Source of the DNA: Octopus vulgaris
Lineage: Eukaryota
Direction: 5' to 3'
Assembly (NCBI GenBank): GCA_951406725.2
Contig: OX597816.1
Coordinates: 28,148,001 to 28,212,000 of the forward strand
DNA length: 64,000 nucleotides
The notes below the pieces were generated by a model, which made no database searches, had not been told where the DNA came from, and saw only the letters and a list, made by a program, of their open reading frames with translations. Of the stretch, positions 14,421 to 29,151 are shown in pieces; within the stretch, counting starts at the first letter, position 1, and each line of letters starts with the position of its first letter. The translations under genes and the position numbers were made by a program.

Positions 14421-15596
14421 TCTTTCATTATTTTCCTTATATATATATATTCTCTTTTCTTATTTTCATTATATATATACATATATGAACTTTCATCATT
14501 GTTAACTCGCAGTTGCTTTGTAAATCCTTAAGCGGTGTTAATGGGTGTGTAAAAACCACTTTATTATGTACAGACAAAAGAGAGAACGAATATTCTGGCG
14601 TGCTGTTTCACGATTTGTTGACGTCATACACGACTTCTTTTCCCAATCAACAGAGTCGACCATATATCATATAAGGTAGTCATGAAATAGGCTAGCCTGA
14701 TGCTGGATAGCCTTGTTTACAATGAAAGTTTATAACGTTTAAATTCTATTCTCTGGTTTAAGCTGTATTTTACGTAACCCGGTTTTCCTTACCTACTGCC
14801 TAACAGTCAAAAAGAATAAATATACAAATTAGGTCTGAAGTATGACTGCTTCATGTAACAGATGCTTCATACTGTTTATTAGAGATGGCAACCATTTTAA
14901 ATCTCTCATGTATATGCAAATACGCATGGTCGAGTGATTAACAAGTTGGCTTCTTAATCCTGCTTTTGGAACTTAGTTCACGATAGATTTCGATTTAGCT
15001 GTACATGAGATGAATTCAAGCTTTTTGAATGAACCTGGCTTGATTGGAACAAAATAGTAGACTTCAGGATAGACCATTATTTGTCTAAAATACAGAAACA
15101 TACATACATATATATACATACATACCTTCATACATACATGCACAAACATACATGCGTACATACATGCATACGTACATGTGTACATACATATATTCACACA
15201 TACATACATATATACATGCATACATACGTACAGACATACATAAATGTATGAATACACGCATATATATATGCATATTTACATACGTACATACATACAGACA
15301 TATAAACAAAAATATGTACGCATGTATGTTGGTATGTATGAATAGCAGATAAAAGGGGCAACCCAAATGAAGAAAATCCATAGGGATATCTCTTTAGCAT
15401 CTCATGATGAGAATATATACTTGATATGCTTGTTTGTGATGTTTTTTATGCTTTGAGGCTCTCGTTATTCTTTGCTGTCCTTCATTCTCGTACAGTTGAA
15501 AGTGTTTAGGGGATCGTGCTTTATTGCTTATCTGCGCAACGACTTTTTAAACCACCGATTGTTGTTTGTATGTATGTATGTGTGCATGTATATATA

Positions 15597-15750
15597 GGGG
15601 GCGAGCTGGCAGAAACGTTAGCATGCCGGGCGAAATGCGTAGCCGTATTTCGTCTGCCGTTACGTTCTGAGTTCAAATTCCGCCGAGGTCGACTTTGCCT
15701 TTCATCCTTTCGGGGTCGATAAATTAAGTATAGCCCATTGTGGGTAGTAA
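15597..15750 (+). mobile_element. SINE family A, well preserved
   Basis: GGCGAGCTGGCAGAAACGTTAGC...GAGTTCAAATTCCGCCGAGGTCGAC. Confidence 0.9.
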
Positions 15751-16202
15751 AGAAATATATATATGTTATCCATTTTATTAAATAATACTTACATCTAAAA
15801 TATGAGAGCATGCTAATCTAATTAATGATAAATTTAAGTAACCATGGCTCTAAACAATTAAAATTTAGAATTATGGATAGTTAGACGGATAACTATTAGA
15901 ATGGATGGAACAACAAGCGCATACACATATGCACAGGGGAAAACCGGTATACCCACAAACACATAGTGGTTTGGAAAGTGAGTGTGAGATAGAAGAAGTT
16001 GGAAAATGTCAGTAAGAAACAAAGAGAAAGAATCCCCAGAATGTCAGGGTATTAGAACTTAAGATATCAGTAAAACAAATTCTAAATCGTCATATGAAGA
16101 AAAAACAGCATCATTCGTTAGTGATGATGATGAGGCTGATGATGATGATCGATAATGATGATGATGATAGCAACAACAACAATAATAATAATAATGATAA
16201 AA

Positions 16203-16636
16203 TCTTGGTATAAAAGATGGGCTACAACAAATATTCTGCTCAATACCACAGATTTACTTGTTAGTTGTTTGACCTTAACCAGTTGAGCATGTCCCTTAGT
16301 AGCATCTCTATCCATGAGTAGAAGTAGCGGGTTGAGAGGAATTCTTTGAGGTTTGAAAATTCACCCCTGAAAACATGGGTGTTTCGTGCAACATCCTTGA
16401 ACAACTCTTATTCAGGGAACCTCTTGGGTGGGATGGGCTACTCGACCTGAAGAAAATTCTAACTGGGTCCCACCTGCAAGGTCCTGCGCATTTTATGAGA
16501 TCATTATGTTGCGCACATACGGTTGTGATGCATGTGCCTGGTATACCCTTATTAGACAGGTAGTCATGATGGGCATACTGGGCTTAGTACATTTTACCCC
16601 AGTATCAGTTTGATGGCATGCACTGCTCTCTCACTC
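16203..16636 (+). mobile_element. Non-coding (AAT)n-tailed interspersed repeat, copy 1 (5'-truncated)
   Basis: Collinear with 42912-43383; both end in CTGCTCTC...TC followed by (AAT)n. Confidence 0.8.
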
Positions 16637-16774
<138 letters not shown>

Positions 16775-17080
16775 CATGATGATGAAAGTTAAAATGATAA
16801 TAATAATATAAAGAAATAGAAGTAGTAGATGAAGGAAAGATATATATATATACATATATATATATGTGTATATATATTTAAACACATACACGTATGTATA
16901 TGTGCATGTGCGCGAGTGTGTAAGCGTGTGTGTGTATATATAAGTATATACATATATAAGTATATATATATATATTATATTAAATTAGAGATAAAACCAC
17001 TATTAGGCAAATCAAACAGTCAAAAACATAAGCCAATACATAAAATTAATTTAAAAATATAAAAGTTAAAAATTAAAATG

Positions 17081-17127
<47 letters not shown>

Positions 17128-17811
17128 AGAGAGAGAGAGAGAGAGATGTATATATATACATATATATATATATATATTAGGCAGAAAATGTTATATAATG
17201 ATGAAAACGTCGTATTCTTTAGTGGAATATAACAACTAAATGTACGTGATTGAAAAAAAAAATTAATTCACAGCATGACATTTTGAAAAAAGAAAAACGG
17301 CGGCAAACAGAAAAAACACGTATTACTCAAATCTGATTGCTAATGTAAAGTATATTAAAACTATAAAGTACTATTTCTATAAATTGTTAAAAAAATTAAA
17401 CTGAAATCGTTAGGAAAATTTATTTTTCTTTTTTCCTTCATTTGTAACTGCAAAAGAAAATGTGAAATTATTGCAGATAATTATGTAGATTTTACATGCA
17501 ATTTGCTGAGAGTGGTGGGAGTGCCAGTGGTGGGAGTATGAATAGGTAGATGGAGGGATTCATTAGAATACAAACATAAATGCATATATACATACGAAGT
17601 TACATGCATAAATACACAGGTATATATGTTTATGTGTACGTTTACCCACAAATATATATATATATATATACATGTACATGTATGTATATATATATATGTA
17701 TATATATAAATATAAATATATATATATATAAATAAATATAAATATATATATATATATGTAAATATATATATATGTAAATATATAAATATAAATATATTAA
17801 TATATATATAT

Positions 17812-17900
<89 letters not shown>

Positions 17901-19064
17901 CCAAATTGAGAAAGTGGATTAGATAAAACTCAGGTCGCATATATTTTCTTGCTAGCAGATCCTCGGATGTAAAAATTTCTAGACAATTAGTACTCAGCTA
18001 GATTCTCATGTGTGTATACACACACATACACAAACACACAAACACACATCCATCCATCCATCCATCCATCCATCCATCCATCCATCCATCCATCCATCCA
18101 TCCATCCATACATACATACATACATACATACATGCACACATCCATCCATCCATCCATACCTACCTACCTACCTACCTACCTACCTACATACATACATATC
18201 TCACAGATGAGACCCAGATATTTTCCGTATAGAAGACACTTAGTAATGCTCAAAAGATTCAAATATAGTTTCCGATGTCTTTGCAGGGTGTCATTCCACA
18301 AGGCAAAGAAAGGCTGCAAGGAGGATCAGGTTGAGCGGGTATAAAAGCAAGTATGAGGATAAACAAATTCGGCAATCAAATACACAGGTTCTACTCATCA
18401 TTTGCGCATTTTATTAAATGTATGTAATTCAAAATTAACCTTGAGGTACAAGGTCAGCCTAATAACTTATCACCTCAACTAATGCTACCCTTCTTATTAA
18501 ACTATTCTTTTTCAGTGTTCCCTTCGCAAATTCCTTTAACCCATCTCATTCAATGTCTCCCACCCAAGTGGTCTCCTCTCATTTCTGGTCATCAACCAAT
18601 AGCACTTAATACTATCCCTCTCATTTGGATACAAACCTGTCAACTCTTTTCCCCTCTCTATTCACTTCTCTTTATTCATTCTCATACGCTTCTGCATGAT
18701 ACTGTACTCCCGCTCCAATACCAACTCATATTCATTATCCCATTAATCACTGCTATCTTGACACTCCCGCTCTATCTACGTTCCTCTGTCTTTTCTCCTA
18801 TCTTTCTACATACCTTAGTAATCTTCTTCTGCCACTGAACTAGACACTTCCCTCAAATGATTGTCATTCTGTTTCCCACTATCTCAACTAATAATACTAT
18901 AGCTTTCATCTCTACACTTTATCAAACTCAACACAATAGACTAGCATTCATTTACTACCCACCCCATCCTCCTATTCATCTTCCTACTCTCCACCTCTAC
19001 AACTACTCTCTTAGTAGCCTCATTATTCATGTATGTATATATATATTCATAAATCAAAGATTAC

Positions 19065-19357
19065 ATTCTGTTGTGTCTGGGGAGAGTAATTTTTTTGAGC
19101 CTTATAAACACACCCACCGGTAAAATTTCCACTTATTTCTTATTTTTATTTTCCTAAAATTTTCGTTGCGTCTTGCAACCTTTTCAGTAGTTTTGACACT
19201 CAATAGTCTTGAACCTTTTCAATAGTCTTGAAAAGGTTGCAAGACTCAACGAAAAGTTTAGGAAAATGAAAATAAGAAATAAGTCGAAATTTTACCGGTG
19301 AGTGTGTTACATTATAAGGCACAAAAAGAAAATGACTCTCCCCAGACAAAACAGAAT
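19065..19357. repeat. Long imperfect palindrome (arms about 19065-19186 and 19229-19357)
   Basis: ATTCTGTTGTGTCTGGGGAGAGT pairs with ACTCTCCCCAGACAAAACAGAAT; inner TCTTGCAACCTTTTCA pairs with TGAAAAGGTTGCAAGA. Confidence 0.92.
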
Positions 19358-19949
19358 ATGCTTCAACACACGAACTCATATTGAAAAAATATTATGATGA
19401 GTATTTGTAAATATGTTTAGGTACACTCTATACAAAAACATATCTTAACAGCTGAAATATAAGAACTATCGTAAAATCAAAGCATTTGTCCTATAACAAA
19501 ATGTTGTATACATTGTACAATTCTTTTCCTTACAGGTGTAAAAGCTAATTACAAACTAATTATACAATTAGATTTTAGGGGATAATGCTTGGAGAATGCC
19601 GTTGATTTAATCAGAGAATTTAAAGACGAAGCATGAGATAAATGAGGACGAAAATGAAGAGAATTCGCGAGGAAAAGAGGGAAATAATACTGTATATGTA
19701 TGTGTGTATGCCTGCTTATGTACGTAGGTGAGAGAGAGAGAGAAAGGTGGGGAGAATGTCGGTGTGTGTGTATTACATACCCCCAATCACGCATTCGGCA
19801 TGCGCGCATATACATTTTTGTTTTCCACATATACAAGATAGTCAATGACACTGACTAGTATTTCATATCAATATTGTATTAGTATTACAAACCAGATGTA
19901 TAATTAGGGTTGCTGAAAGAGTATGAGAAGAAAAAAAATAGTAAATACA

Positions 19950-22700
19950 GAATCCCAAAATATCAACATATACTCATTAGTAGAATACAATGTGAATGCA
20001 AGACAATTAAAATTAACATGAGTTATCAAATTACAGGATTCAAAAGTTATATTTTACAACTTTTCCCTTAACAGCTGTAATTACCTTATTATCTGGTGTG
20101 TAAGATTTGAACTAATACACAGCACTCACTTCTGGTAAAGCCACTGAATATTTTTTTATGCGCAGTCAACACAGGGACTATGTGTAAATTATTCGTAATA
20201 TAGCAAACCAAGCCACTACACACATTTTTTTTCTCTCCTTGTTTTTTCTGTGTCTCTTTCTGTAGAAGAGCGTAGGCTCGAAACGTAAAAGACTTTTTTC
20301 TATTCCTGAGCGTTTATACTAATACATCTGTTTGTTTTGTACACCACCTGTCTTCGTCCTTTGTTTTTTTTTCGTAAACTCTCCCTATATATTATTTTAG
20401 CATGGATATGATGATGGACGCAAGATATATGCAACGTTTGGTAGAGTTTCAAGTTCATGTCTGACCAGGCAAGTCTCAACAAAATGCCAAACAAAATTGA
20501 AGCCTTTCAAGCGGCTGTTTAATATAGCTATCTGGAAATCTCTGGTTCGTTGAGAAAACGTTTTATTTTGCATACCTGTCTCTTGGAGTAGGTGAAAATA
20601 TCCGCATACTTTCTTTTAGAGTAGACACTGGTTTGCTATATTCCGAATATAATTTACTCCTACTAAATCAACCAACAAAAAACTGGTTGGCCCGAAACTA
20701 TAGAAGAATAGTATAAAATACTTGCCCAAGGTGCCCTGTAATGTAACCGAACCTAAAATCCGTAACTCCAAAGCAAACTACTTAACACATATATGCCACA
20801 TCTTCCCTCTTTCTCTTCTCCTTTTTCTCTCTTTGTTTCAGTGTGTAGAAAGTAGCTTGATGCACATTGTAGGATGTAGGAGTGGAAAAAGAAATTAAAC
20901 GAATCTAGAACATAAAGTGAATGAAATGCTGACGGCAAGGAGGACTTGTTGCTTAGCAATTCAATTGATAATTTAAATTCTGAACATTAATATTAATCTA
21001 TAAACCGAATTTCTTAACAAGTCTCATTTGCGCCGACAGCCATATACCTGCTTACATGATTCTATATTTATTTGTTCGCCATTTGTTACTTATCCGCTTC
21101 GTATATGCCAATAACATCACTATCCCATTATTTAAACATTATAAACAAATTGCATGTTATTCACCAAACCAAAAGTAAAAGGCACCATCTATTTTCCTTA
21201 TAATGTATCTATCAGCTTCATATTAGCTTGTTTCATCATGAACCTTCTTTTGATCATATTCTAATACAATATATAAAATTCGGAGTCTCTACGTTTAAAA
21301 TTCGAAAATCCATCCGATTTCGTTTGTCCCTGATCAATCTTGATATTGCAGATATAGCATTGAAGACATTTTAATCATGGCGATGCCGTCTTTCTCGCAA
21401 CATCGTATCAAGGGCTAAATTAAACTGATAAGATTTTATCTACTGTTTAATTATTCGTAAATTGTCACTTGATGTATTGGACTGTAGTTCTAGCAAATTG
21501 AGCACCTTGCTGGTTCTATTTTAAAAGATTCAAAGAAAAAACATGCCGATTGTAGCTGTCCTTGTACATGACTGGTAGTTCTGGTAGTTATTTTATCGGC
21601 ATCGAAAGTAAGAACGTGAACTCGAAACAAAAAGGAACGTGCGTAAATATCGCAGCGTAATTTGTTCGTCTCACTACCAATTCTTTCACAATATTATAGG
21701 TATAGCGGAAGACAAAATAAAAAAAAGGAAAGAAAAGTAGAAAATGAACGGATGAATATAGTCTGAATTAAATCTAAAATTAAGCTGATTTTTTATTTAT
21801 TTATTTACAAAACTGCACATTTGTAGGGAAGTGGTCAGTCAAATAAATTATCCCCATAGTTAGCTGGTATTTATTTTACCGATACTGGAAAGATAAATGC
21901 TACTCGACTATGACAAAATTCCAATGCCTATAACAAGAAAACGATAAATGCTTTTTATTTTGACGTTTTCTTATTACTAATCATTTTAAAATAGTTTGGC
22001 ATTTCTTAATGCTTTTGGCAACAGTTCCTTTACATATATTGGATTGGAAATGGGACGCTGTGTCTAGACATGCATTAAGTAGAAATCCACTCCTTTATGG
22101 TTGAATTGTGGCGAAACAACAACAGCAATTCTGTAATACTGAGAAGAAGTCCTTCAACAAGATATTTAGTAATTGGAACATATTCAAATGATTTCATCGT
22201 AAGATATTCTGACATTAACCGGATTACATTGCATTAAATCTTGCTTCAACTTTAATTCCTGTGTTTAGAAGAGGAAAAAACTAACACTCAAGGCTATTTT
22301 GCATGACAAGAGTAAATGTTTTACAAACCTCACTCAGGAGTGATTAAAACGCATTTGCTTTTAAAATTTGTTTTGTAGTTCCTACTAGCGGCTGAACAAT
22401 TTTTTTTTTCGTGTTCAGTACTGTGCTAGTGTTTCAGGAAAGTCATGGTTGTGATAAAAATTCCATATGAACCTCAAAATTCAACTTACTTGACATAAGC
22501 TGTGTCCAATATACTGACAAGATTATCAGAGACTGGACATTTTTGATTAGAAGAGTACTAGACAATGGCCTATCCGATAATATGCCATAAGTGTTCAGTT
22601 CTCAGTGAGTTATAATTCTATGGTTTTTAGATAACAACTTTCGACCAGCTACGTTACGTCTACAATGAGAAAATAAAGGTTAAACGAAGCGGATGAGAAA
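19950..22700 (+). pseudogene. Possible decayed ionotropic receptor (iGluR/IR family) relic
   Basis: Ordered motifs across frames: YQITGFKSYILQL (20024), RLVEF, KMP..FKRLFNIAIW (20506), IVWHFLMLLATV (21991), GNGTLCLD..ELWR and PQNSTYLT*AVSNILTRLSETGHF (22472). Confidence 0.4.
20205..20390 (+). mobile_element. Short PLE-terminus-like element with a minimal hammerhead motif
   Basis: TCTTT-CTGTAGA-A-GAGC gtag GCTC-GAAAC-GTA-AAAGA at 20255-20292; sister copy at 23835-23982. Confidence 0.65.
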
Positions 22701-23834
22701 GAAGAAGCTCATTGGTGGTATGTCATTATGACAAAATATCCATGGCAAAATCATATTTTGAAACCAAAACATAACGTCATTATTCGAAAATAGGGAATGT
22801 GTTGTTATATAACGCTTCTCTATTTTCAGTGAATTATGAAATTATTTTCCGCTTGATATGTTACTACGCATCTAACTGAATGAAATAATGACTTCCAGCG
22901 AAGTACAAGTTCAAACTTAGCGAGGGATTTCATCTCAATGCTGGAGGTTAAACAAGAGTTATATTCCGCGACATTTAACATACCCAAGAGAAAGGAAACT
23001 GAAATCAGAATTTGTTGTTCTCTCTTTGGAGAGGCTAGTCTGTACTAATGGCACTTTTCTTGAGTCTGCATGAGTTCATGATTAAACGTGATAAAAGTCA
23101 CGTCTTATGAACGATGCTCAAAGCAGGGCTTATCATAACAACGCGGGTTGTTTTCTTTGAAGCCTATGCAAATGAGCAAGTACCGGACTTGTATTCAGCT
23201 GTCTTGATTGAAGCTAGAAGCAAGTTACCGTAAAGTCGGTTTGAACATAGAACGACGAAGTCATTTTGAATTGAAATAAATAAATATTAAATATTAACTA
23301 AGTACAGAAAAAGCAAATGTGTGTTTAGCATAAAGAAAGAGAAAAGGTGCCTTTGGAGACAAACAATTTATTATTATAAAAGTATTGGGAAAAACAAAAT
23401 GGATTGAAAATTACAGAATATCTTATTTCTCTCATAGAAATTCTGAAATGAATTCTCTAATTAGAATTGCTAATTGAGAATAATGGAATCCCCAAAATTT
23501 AATGGTTTCAGTTGAAACAATAAACGATGATATAAAAAAAAATTGCTTTAACTAATCACTTTTGGATTGCTTCGAGGTGTTTAATTCGGTGTCATTTTAG
23601 TGACGAATTTTCATATGAATGAATATTCAAGTAATAATCTTAAAGTCTGAAATTCCAGGTTAGTCACTTACCAAAATATCATTGATCTAAGTCGTCGAAT
23701 TAGCTACTAGAAAATTCTAGTTAAAGACTATGAATTATTGACATTGCAGTATCGATCTATATATAGATTAATCACGCATCGATACATATATTTTTCTATG
23801 TATATTTGTATGAAAATCTCTATTATATATACAT

Positions 23835-24090
<256 letters not shown>

Positions 24091-24249
24091 GTGTGTGTGT
24101 ATATGTGTGTGTATTTAATATCCTTGGACTAATGTGCGTATGTCGATTATTGATGTATATATATAGTCGTATGTATGTATGTATGTACGTATGTAACTAA
24201 TAATGATGATAAGACGAATGGGTATTTTGGGTATCAGTACATAAGGTTC

Positions 24250-24925
24250 TTAGTTAGTTAGTTAGTTAGTTAGTTAATTTGGCTCAAAAGCAAATAGCAA
24301 GGTCATGTAGGGGGACATGGAGTTAAGTACAGGGTGGTGTTCATGTAAAGAGTTCAGGCCACTTGAGGTCCAGGGAGGCTTTGAACAAAGCGGTCGTCGG
24401 CATCTTCACCATCTCGTCTGGCAGCTTGTTCCACGGATCCGTAACCCGGACGGAGAAAGCTCCTCTCCTTCGATTGAGATGAAATCGTCGCAGGTAGAAC
24501 TTTTCGGAATGACCCCGCAGCCGACGCTCTGGAGCAGGAGTGAAGAACAGCTCTTTCGAGAGGTTACACTTTCCGCTTATGATGTTGTGGGCGAGAATGA
24601 GATCACCACGGCGGCGGCGTTTTTCAAGAGAATAAAGGTCGAGCGTCCTCAGCCTTTCTTCGTAGGACAAATTTTTGAGACCATGAACCATGCGGGTAGC
24701 CAGCTTCTGGACTCTTTCGAGATGCTGTATGTCTTTGAGGAGATAAGGAGAAGAGGCTTGAATCCCATACTCCAGTATGGGTCTCACCAGCGTGACATAG
24801 AGTGGTAGGAATATGGCTGCTGTGAGCATTCCGAATGACCGTCGAATCAAGAACAGAATTCCGCGTGCTTTGTTGGCAGCATGGACGCACTGGGCCGAAG
24901 GCGAAAAGGAGGAATCCACACGTGG
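24250..24925 (-). mobile_element. CR1-group LINE 3' end (RT C-terminal region, short 3' UTR, (AACT)n tail)
   Basis: Uninterrupted 192-aa frame with LYVTLVRPILEYG, LERVQKLATRMV, SYEERL..L.LYSLEKRRRRGDLI and FSVRVTDPWNKLP. Confidence 0.93.
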
Positions 24926-25108
24926 TCGCTGATGGTGGAAGTGCTGGTTTTAACACGGGAACAATATTTCAATACAACTCTTTCAGTATGTCATTTCATC
25001 TCCCTTGTTTCCCAAATTTATCGACGCCATACCTTTTAAATTTTTACAGGAATTGAACAAACGTCTCGGAAACATTTCTCAAATTGTTTATCAACATCAT
25101 TATTATTG

Positions 25109-25176
<68 letters not shown>

Positions 25177-25362
25177 TCTACCTCGTTCTCCAGCACGCAT
25201 CTGTAACGTATTCTTTCATCCTGACGCTTGTATTCTGAACAGTGCTGTAGAGTGTCCCTTATTTCAACAATATGTTCCCATGGGTGGTTTCATTCCTCAA
25301 CCAAATAAAGCACTCATGGAAAGTTTATAAAGGAGACGATTCTCATATTCTTGTTCTAGTTG

Positions 25363-25793
25363 AAGGCGGCGTGATGGCTGACACGTTAGCAAGCCGTCTG
25401 TCTTTACGTTCTGAGTTCGAACTCCACCGATGTTGACTTTGTCTTTCATCCTTTAAATTAAATTAAAAAACCAGCAACTTTGTCATAGTGTTTGAGGTTA
25501 AAATAAAAATATAACTATTTTATAATGCAAACTTCATCTTGAATCGCAATGCGAGAAGCAATTTCCAGGAGTTTCAATAAAGAAATAGTAATGATGATGA
25601 TAAGGACAGGATCTGATATGTTTGGGGAAGGGACAAGTCCATTACATCGAACCAGCGCTCAACCGGTACTTATTTTAAGTCCAGTGGGTGATAAGCAAAG
25701 GTGACCGCGGCGATATTTGAACTCAGAACGTAAAGAGCGGGAAGAAACGCCGTTAAGCATTTCCCCTAACAATTCCGCCTGCTGGTTGACTTA
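25363..25793. mobile_element. Two SINE family A copies (25363-25500 on +, 25615-25793 on -)
   Basis: Family A head and core in opposite orientations. Confidence 0.75.
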
Positions 25794-26298
25794 AGAATAA
25801 TAATAATAATGATGATGTTGATGGTGATGATAATGAAAATAATGATGATGATGATATTGATGATGATGATGATTTCTTTGTTAACGACTAAAGGGGTTTA
25901 ATGTAAATCGAGGATAGTACAAGACGATGGTGTACGGTATAAAATGATATAATATAATGTGGGGATACCAGGTTACATGAAGGCGTGTAAACAGGAAACA
26001 TTAGGTCATGTAAACAAGAACAATAACAAAAGAAGAAACAAAACTTCAAAGCAGAAAACTTCCCGAAAATGTCTTCTACTGAGAGGCAAAAAACCCCCCA
26101 AAAAACCTTCAAAATTACCCTGAGAATTTGAGTCAGTGATGTGTCCTCATCTGCCATTCTCACTCTATAGGCGCATAGTTAGAGCAGGTTCGTTCACTCG
26201 GACCATCCACACCACATTTACCTATCTTTCAACGAATCCGTTTGCAAGGTAGCACTTCCCTCTCCACCTGTATATTTCTTCTCACTAATGCAATAGTA

Positions 26299-27570
26299 TC
26301 AGGTTGAATAAAAAGTAAGCAGCGTTTTGAACCATGAAGAATTTATATTGGATTTTTAAAAAAATATTTAATTTTTCTTGCAGTTGTCTGATAATACAGA
26401 CATAGACTTGCGCAAATGCATCAATAAATTAGCAGTGATATATTTTCCACTGTAGTTAAAATCACCTGAAATAAAACTGTCAAAGAGCGATATTCGAGCA
26501 ATTTTGCCATTCAACTTCAAAAATGGATGTAAATCAACTGAAACTGCTCGCGATATCAACGAAATGTTTGGTGAGGAAACGGCTAGTGAGTGATCAACTT
26601 GAAGATGGTTTAAACGGTTTCGCAGTAGAGACCTGGGCCTTGAAGGTCATGAGTGTAGGGGACGCCAATCTGTTATCGATGATGGTCAATTAAACACCAT
26701 CATTGAGAAAGATCCACGTAAACCCACTCGAGAACTAGCAAAAGAACTTCAAGTTAGCCAGAAAACCGTCTGCAACCATTTGCATGTGATCGGAAAATTA
26801 AAAAAGCTCAACAAATGGTTACCACACGATTTGAATGAAATTCAGAAAAACCGCAGATATGAAATTTGGTCGTCACTTCTACGTTACCAGGCCGATCCGT
26901 TTCTCGACCGTATGGTAACTTGCAATGAAAAGTGGATTCTGTACAATGATAAAAAAAAAACGTTCTTCGCAGGAGTTGGTCCACAATGAAGCACCGAAAA
27001 CCTTCCCTCAACCGGAGCTCTTCAAAAGGATGTTTATGGTGACTGGTGGTTTATTGCTGGACTCATCCACTATAATTTCTTAAAACCAGGAAAAACCATT
27101 ACTGCAGAAACATATTGCCAGGAAATTGCCAAAATGAATGAAAAACTGCTACTTCTGCGTTCCAGAATGGTCAACAAAATAGGGCCAATCATTCTTCATG
27201 ACAATGCTTCAACACACGTTTCACTAATGCCGCTCCAGAAGTTGATGGACTTTGGCTACGAAGTTCTTCGCCATCCAGCTTATTCCCCAGACCTTTCTCC
27301 TACCGACTATCTCTTTTTCAAGCACCTTGATGATTTCGCGCGGAAGAAGGAGTTCAAAAATCAAACCGTTGCTGAAAGTGTGTTCAAAGAATTCATCAGC
27401 TCCAGAACTCCAGATTTTTACATTACCGGAATAAACAAACTTGTAACTCGTTGGTAAAAATATGTTCATTGCAATGATAATTAATTTGATAAATAAAATT
27501 TCCGTATTACTGAAATATATTCTGATGAATTTCATGATTCAAAACGTGGCTTACTTTTTAGTCAGCCTTA
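26299..27570 (+). mobile_element. Mariner transposon, near full length (Hsmar1/cecropia-like), TA target duplication
   Basis: TIRs TCAGGTTGAATAAAAAGTAAGC.. and ..GCTTACTTTTTAGTCAGCCTTA, each flanked by TA; about 1.27 kb. Confidence 0.95.
26471..27496 (+). pseudogene. Mariner DD34D transposase with stops and frameshifts
   Basis: IRAIL.FNFK.G.K.TETAR.IN, WLPHDL, VTCNEKWILY, ILHDNA and HPAYSPDLSPTDY. Confidence 0.93.
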
Positions 27571-27932
27571 TATCTTTTCAAGATGCATCAAATTATAAAT
27601 TTCGAAAACAATAAAATTCATATATTTCAGACGCATTTTGGAATCTTCACTTTAGTAAAATTGCAAAATCGATAATTTAAACGGCTTTCATTTCCAAACA
27701 TGATTGATTCATTATTGATTCAATGGTGTAAATCAAACAAGCGTTCAGTAAAACACAAAGGACAGGAAAATGTTAAGTAGATTTCCATAATCTTGTTCAA
27801 ATATCAGCTTGTCAATAACACGCTGATAAATAAAACATACCCTTCTATAGGTTATCTTTGTAAACACTTATAACTAATTATTAACTAAACCAATGATTTG
27901 TCACCATTATTACTATTATTGTTAATATTATT

Positions 27933-28130
27933 CGGTGAGCGAGCTGTCAGAATCGTTAGGGCACTTGACGGAATGTTTAGTGGCATTTCGCCCGTTCTAC
28001 GTTCTTAGTTCAAATTCCACCTTAGTCGACTACGCCTTTCATCCTTTCGGGGTGAAACACTGGAATCGAAGTAGTCGACTCATTCACTCCCCCAAAATGG
28101 CTGCCCTTGAGGCAAAGTTTGAAACTATTA

Positions 28131-28215
<85 letters not shown>

Positions 28216-28241
28216 CATTATTATTATTATCATTATTATTA

Positions 28242-28275
<34 letters not shown>

Positions 28276-28680
28276 GGGGCGCGCCGGCAGTATCGGTAGC
28301 ACGTTGGGTAAAATGCTTAGCAGAATTTCACCCGCCCTTTCATTCGCAGTTCAAATTCCGCCGAGGTCGACTTTGTTTTTTCATCCTTTCGGGCTCGATA
28401 AATTAAGTACCCGTGAAACAGTGGGGTCGATGTAATTTCTCAAAAATAGCTGCCCTTGTTGCAAAATTTGAGGAATCATTATTCAGGCGGTAAGCTGGTA
28501 GAATCCCTAGCACGCTGCACGAAATGCTTAGCGGTATTTCGCCACTCACTACATCTGAGTTCAAATTTAGCCGAGGTCGACTTTACCTTTCTTCCTTGGG
28601 GGAGGGTGTCAATCAAATAAGTATGAGTTGAACACCCGTGTAGATATAATTGATTCATTTACACCTCTCCCAAGCTTGCG
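27933..28680 (+). mobile_element. Cluster of three tandem SINE family A copies, the first two separated by (ATT)n
   Basis: Heads at about 27933, 28275 and 28486. Confidence 0.85.
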
Positions 28681-29048
28681 GAAAAAAAATTGAGATAATA
28701 ATCAGTCGTTAAAGGTTAATATGTCACTATCCTCTGGGATTTTTCTGTCAAAACTGACAGAACGATCCAGGCTTTCAGTCATACTGGTTATACTCCACAG
28801 GACACCGGATGTGTTTCGGCAAGTGACTGTAACAAACGTGCAGATTAAAAGTAATAAAAAATTACAATACTCATTAAAAGTGCTGGACGATATCCGAGTA
28901 AGTACATATTGGACTATATCCGATTAAGTACACATCATAAACACGTCAGTACGTAAACTAATTAATTATGTATACACCCTAGTTTTATATGAACACATTT
29001 TGATAACGACAAAGACTAGTCATTATTGATTACAACAACATTAAACAG

Positions 29049-29151
<103 letters not shown>

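Noticed and set aside
14618-14650. CRE site (TGACGTCA) with a nearby CCAAT as a promoter; another CRE at about 40738
   Set aside because: Short motifs expected by chance in 64 kb; no linked gene or transcript evidence.
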